From Opitutales bacterium (GTDB lineage Bacteria; Verrucomicrobiota; Verrucomicrobiia; Opitutales; UBA2987), in assembly GCA_965226885.1 (NCBI GenBank), contig CBDDEL010000009.1:144776-208775 (forward strand): DNA of 64,000 bases. The letters run 5' to 3'. A model generated the notes under the pieces. The model was given only the letters and a program-made list of their open reading frames with translations, was not told where the DNA came from and did not search any database. A program made the position numbers and the translations under genes. Below are positions 62,872-64,000 of the stretch, in pieces; the first letter of the stretch is position 1, and the number at the start of each line of letters is the position of its first letter.

Positions 62872-63673
62872 GGTAGTGTATAAAAAAAGAATGATATTTT
62901 GTATTTTTAGCTGTACAAATAGCGTTAGGCAGTTTATTCTTAGTGCATGGTTACTAAAATTATTAATTGTCGGCACTGTGGAAGTGGAAATATCATTAAA
63001 TTTGGCAAGACGCCCAACCATAAACAGCGCTACCGCTGCCATGATTGTGGTAAACAAAGCCGCGAAAACCCCACAGTGAAATACACCGAAGAGCAAAAAG
63101 AAATGATCCTTCGAGTCTATCAGGAACGCAGCAGTCTACGCGGTTTACAGCGCGCCTTCGGGGTGAGTCCCAACACCGTTTTGAGTTGGTTAAAAAAAAC
63201 GACAATCGCTGCGACCGCTCAAAAGCACGATTCTTGCGGCCCGCCGCCATGATGTCATTGAACTGGACGAACTGTGGTCTTTTGTGGGGCGCAAGAGCGA
63301 TGCCCAATGGGTTTGGATCGCTCTTTGCCGACGCACCCGTCAAATCCTCTCCTATGCCATTGGGCCTCGGGATTGGTATCGTTGCCGGGAACTTTACGAG
63401 CGTCTGCCACGGGCCTACAAAAGATGTGCCACCTACAGCGACTTTTGGAGCACTTATGATGAAGTCTTTCCTCATAACCGATCCGTGGGAAAAGAAACCG
63501 GTGAAACGGCCCATGTGGAACGATGGAACAATACCCTGCGCCAACGACTGGGTCGTTTCACACGCAAAACCCTCTCCTTTTCCAAGCTTAAGAGTATGCA
63601 TGAAACCTGTCTGAGACTTTTCATTCATCAATATAATCAAGAATTAGCCACCATTCCTACTTAATACACTACC
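62872..63673 (+). mobile_element. IS1-family element, apparently intact (insA 62947-63252, insB to 63664)
   Basis: IRs GGTAGTGTAT/ATACACTACC; 8-bp target duplication CTTAATTT (62864-62871, 63674-63681); A8C frameshift site; ELDELWSFVG motif. Confidence 0.95.
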
Positions 63674-63680
63674 CTTAATT

Positions 63681-63950
63681 TTAATTAAGCGATTGTCCCA
63701 AGCCGGTCTTTTGCAGTTCGTTCTTATCTACCCCCTGGTTTTTACAGCAAGCGGCCAACTTGCCGTCAATTGCTACCGCAGGCACGGATTTTATTCCTAA
63801 ATCCTGGGCATATTTAACGGTTTCCGGACTGTTCATGTCCAGAACGCTGATTTCACAGGAGGGGCAAGCCATCTGGTTAACCCACTTAACCGTTTCTTCG
63901 CAAGTCGGGCAGCCAGCGCTGAATATTTCAACTTTACGTGTGTTTGTCAT
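63681..63950 (-). CDS. Small thioredoxin/glutaredoxin-like protein
   Basis: VEIFSAGCPTC, GIKSVPAVAIDGKL, extra CPSC and CC cysteines. Confidence 0.8.
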   Translation of the reverse strand: MTNTRKVEIFSAGCPTCEETVKWVNQMACPSCEISVLDMNSPETVKYAQDLGIKSVPAVAIDGKLAACCKNQGVDKNELQKTGLGQSLN

Positions 63951-64000
63951 TTCCTTTCCTTTCTTTTTATTTATTAATCCGGCAAATAAATAGTGACATA

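Overview
Chromosomal window from a diderm bacterium (kdsB, AsmA-like and periplasmic genes; a PVC/Verrucomicrobia-like origin is only my impression). Housekeeping genes (birA end, coaX, accBC, thrC-like, hppA, uvrC, cinA, dxs, kdsB) are intact. They are interspersed with 10 IS copies or fragments from four families (IS1380, IS1, IS3, IS5-like/ISNCY), which have truncated several genes. Best candidate for an undescribed system (41463-46744, - strand): an exported di-heme cytochrome c peroxidase-family protein, a PhnD/C/E-type ABC importer whose binding protein has lost the phosphonate-binding Ser-Thr/His residues (DMSG, GGDE), and a DtxR/MntR repressor, downstream of a perfect 22-bp palindrome. 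This suggests redox-coupled metal uptake. Other notable items: a decaying lanthanide-type xoxF-like gene with apparently intact xoxJ/xoxG-like and PQQ accessory genes; a probable solitary integron cassette (glyoxalase plus degenerate attC) between uvrC and cinA; an ino1/IPCT/DIPPS-type inositol phosphodiester cluster; a TatT/TatP/TatQM TRAP system; and many short perfect tandem duplications. No rRNA, tRNA or CRISPR array was recognised. All calls come from motif recognition by eye; no searches were run.
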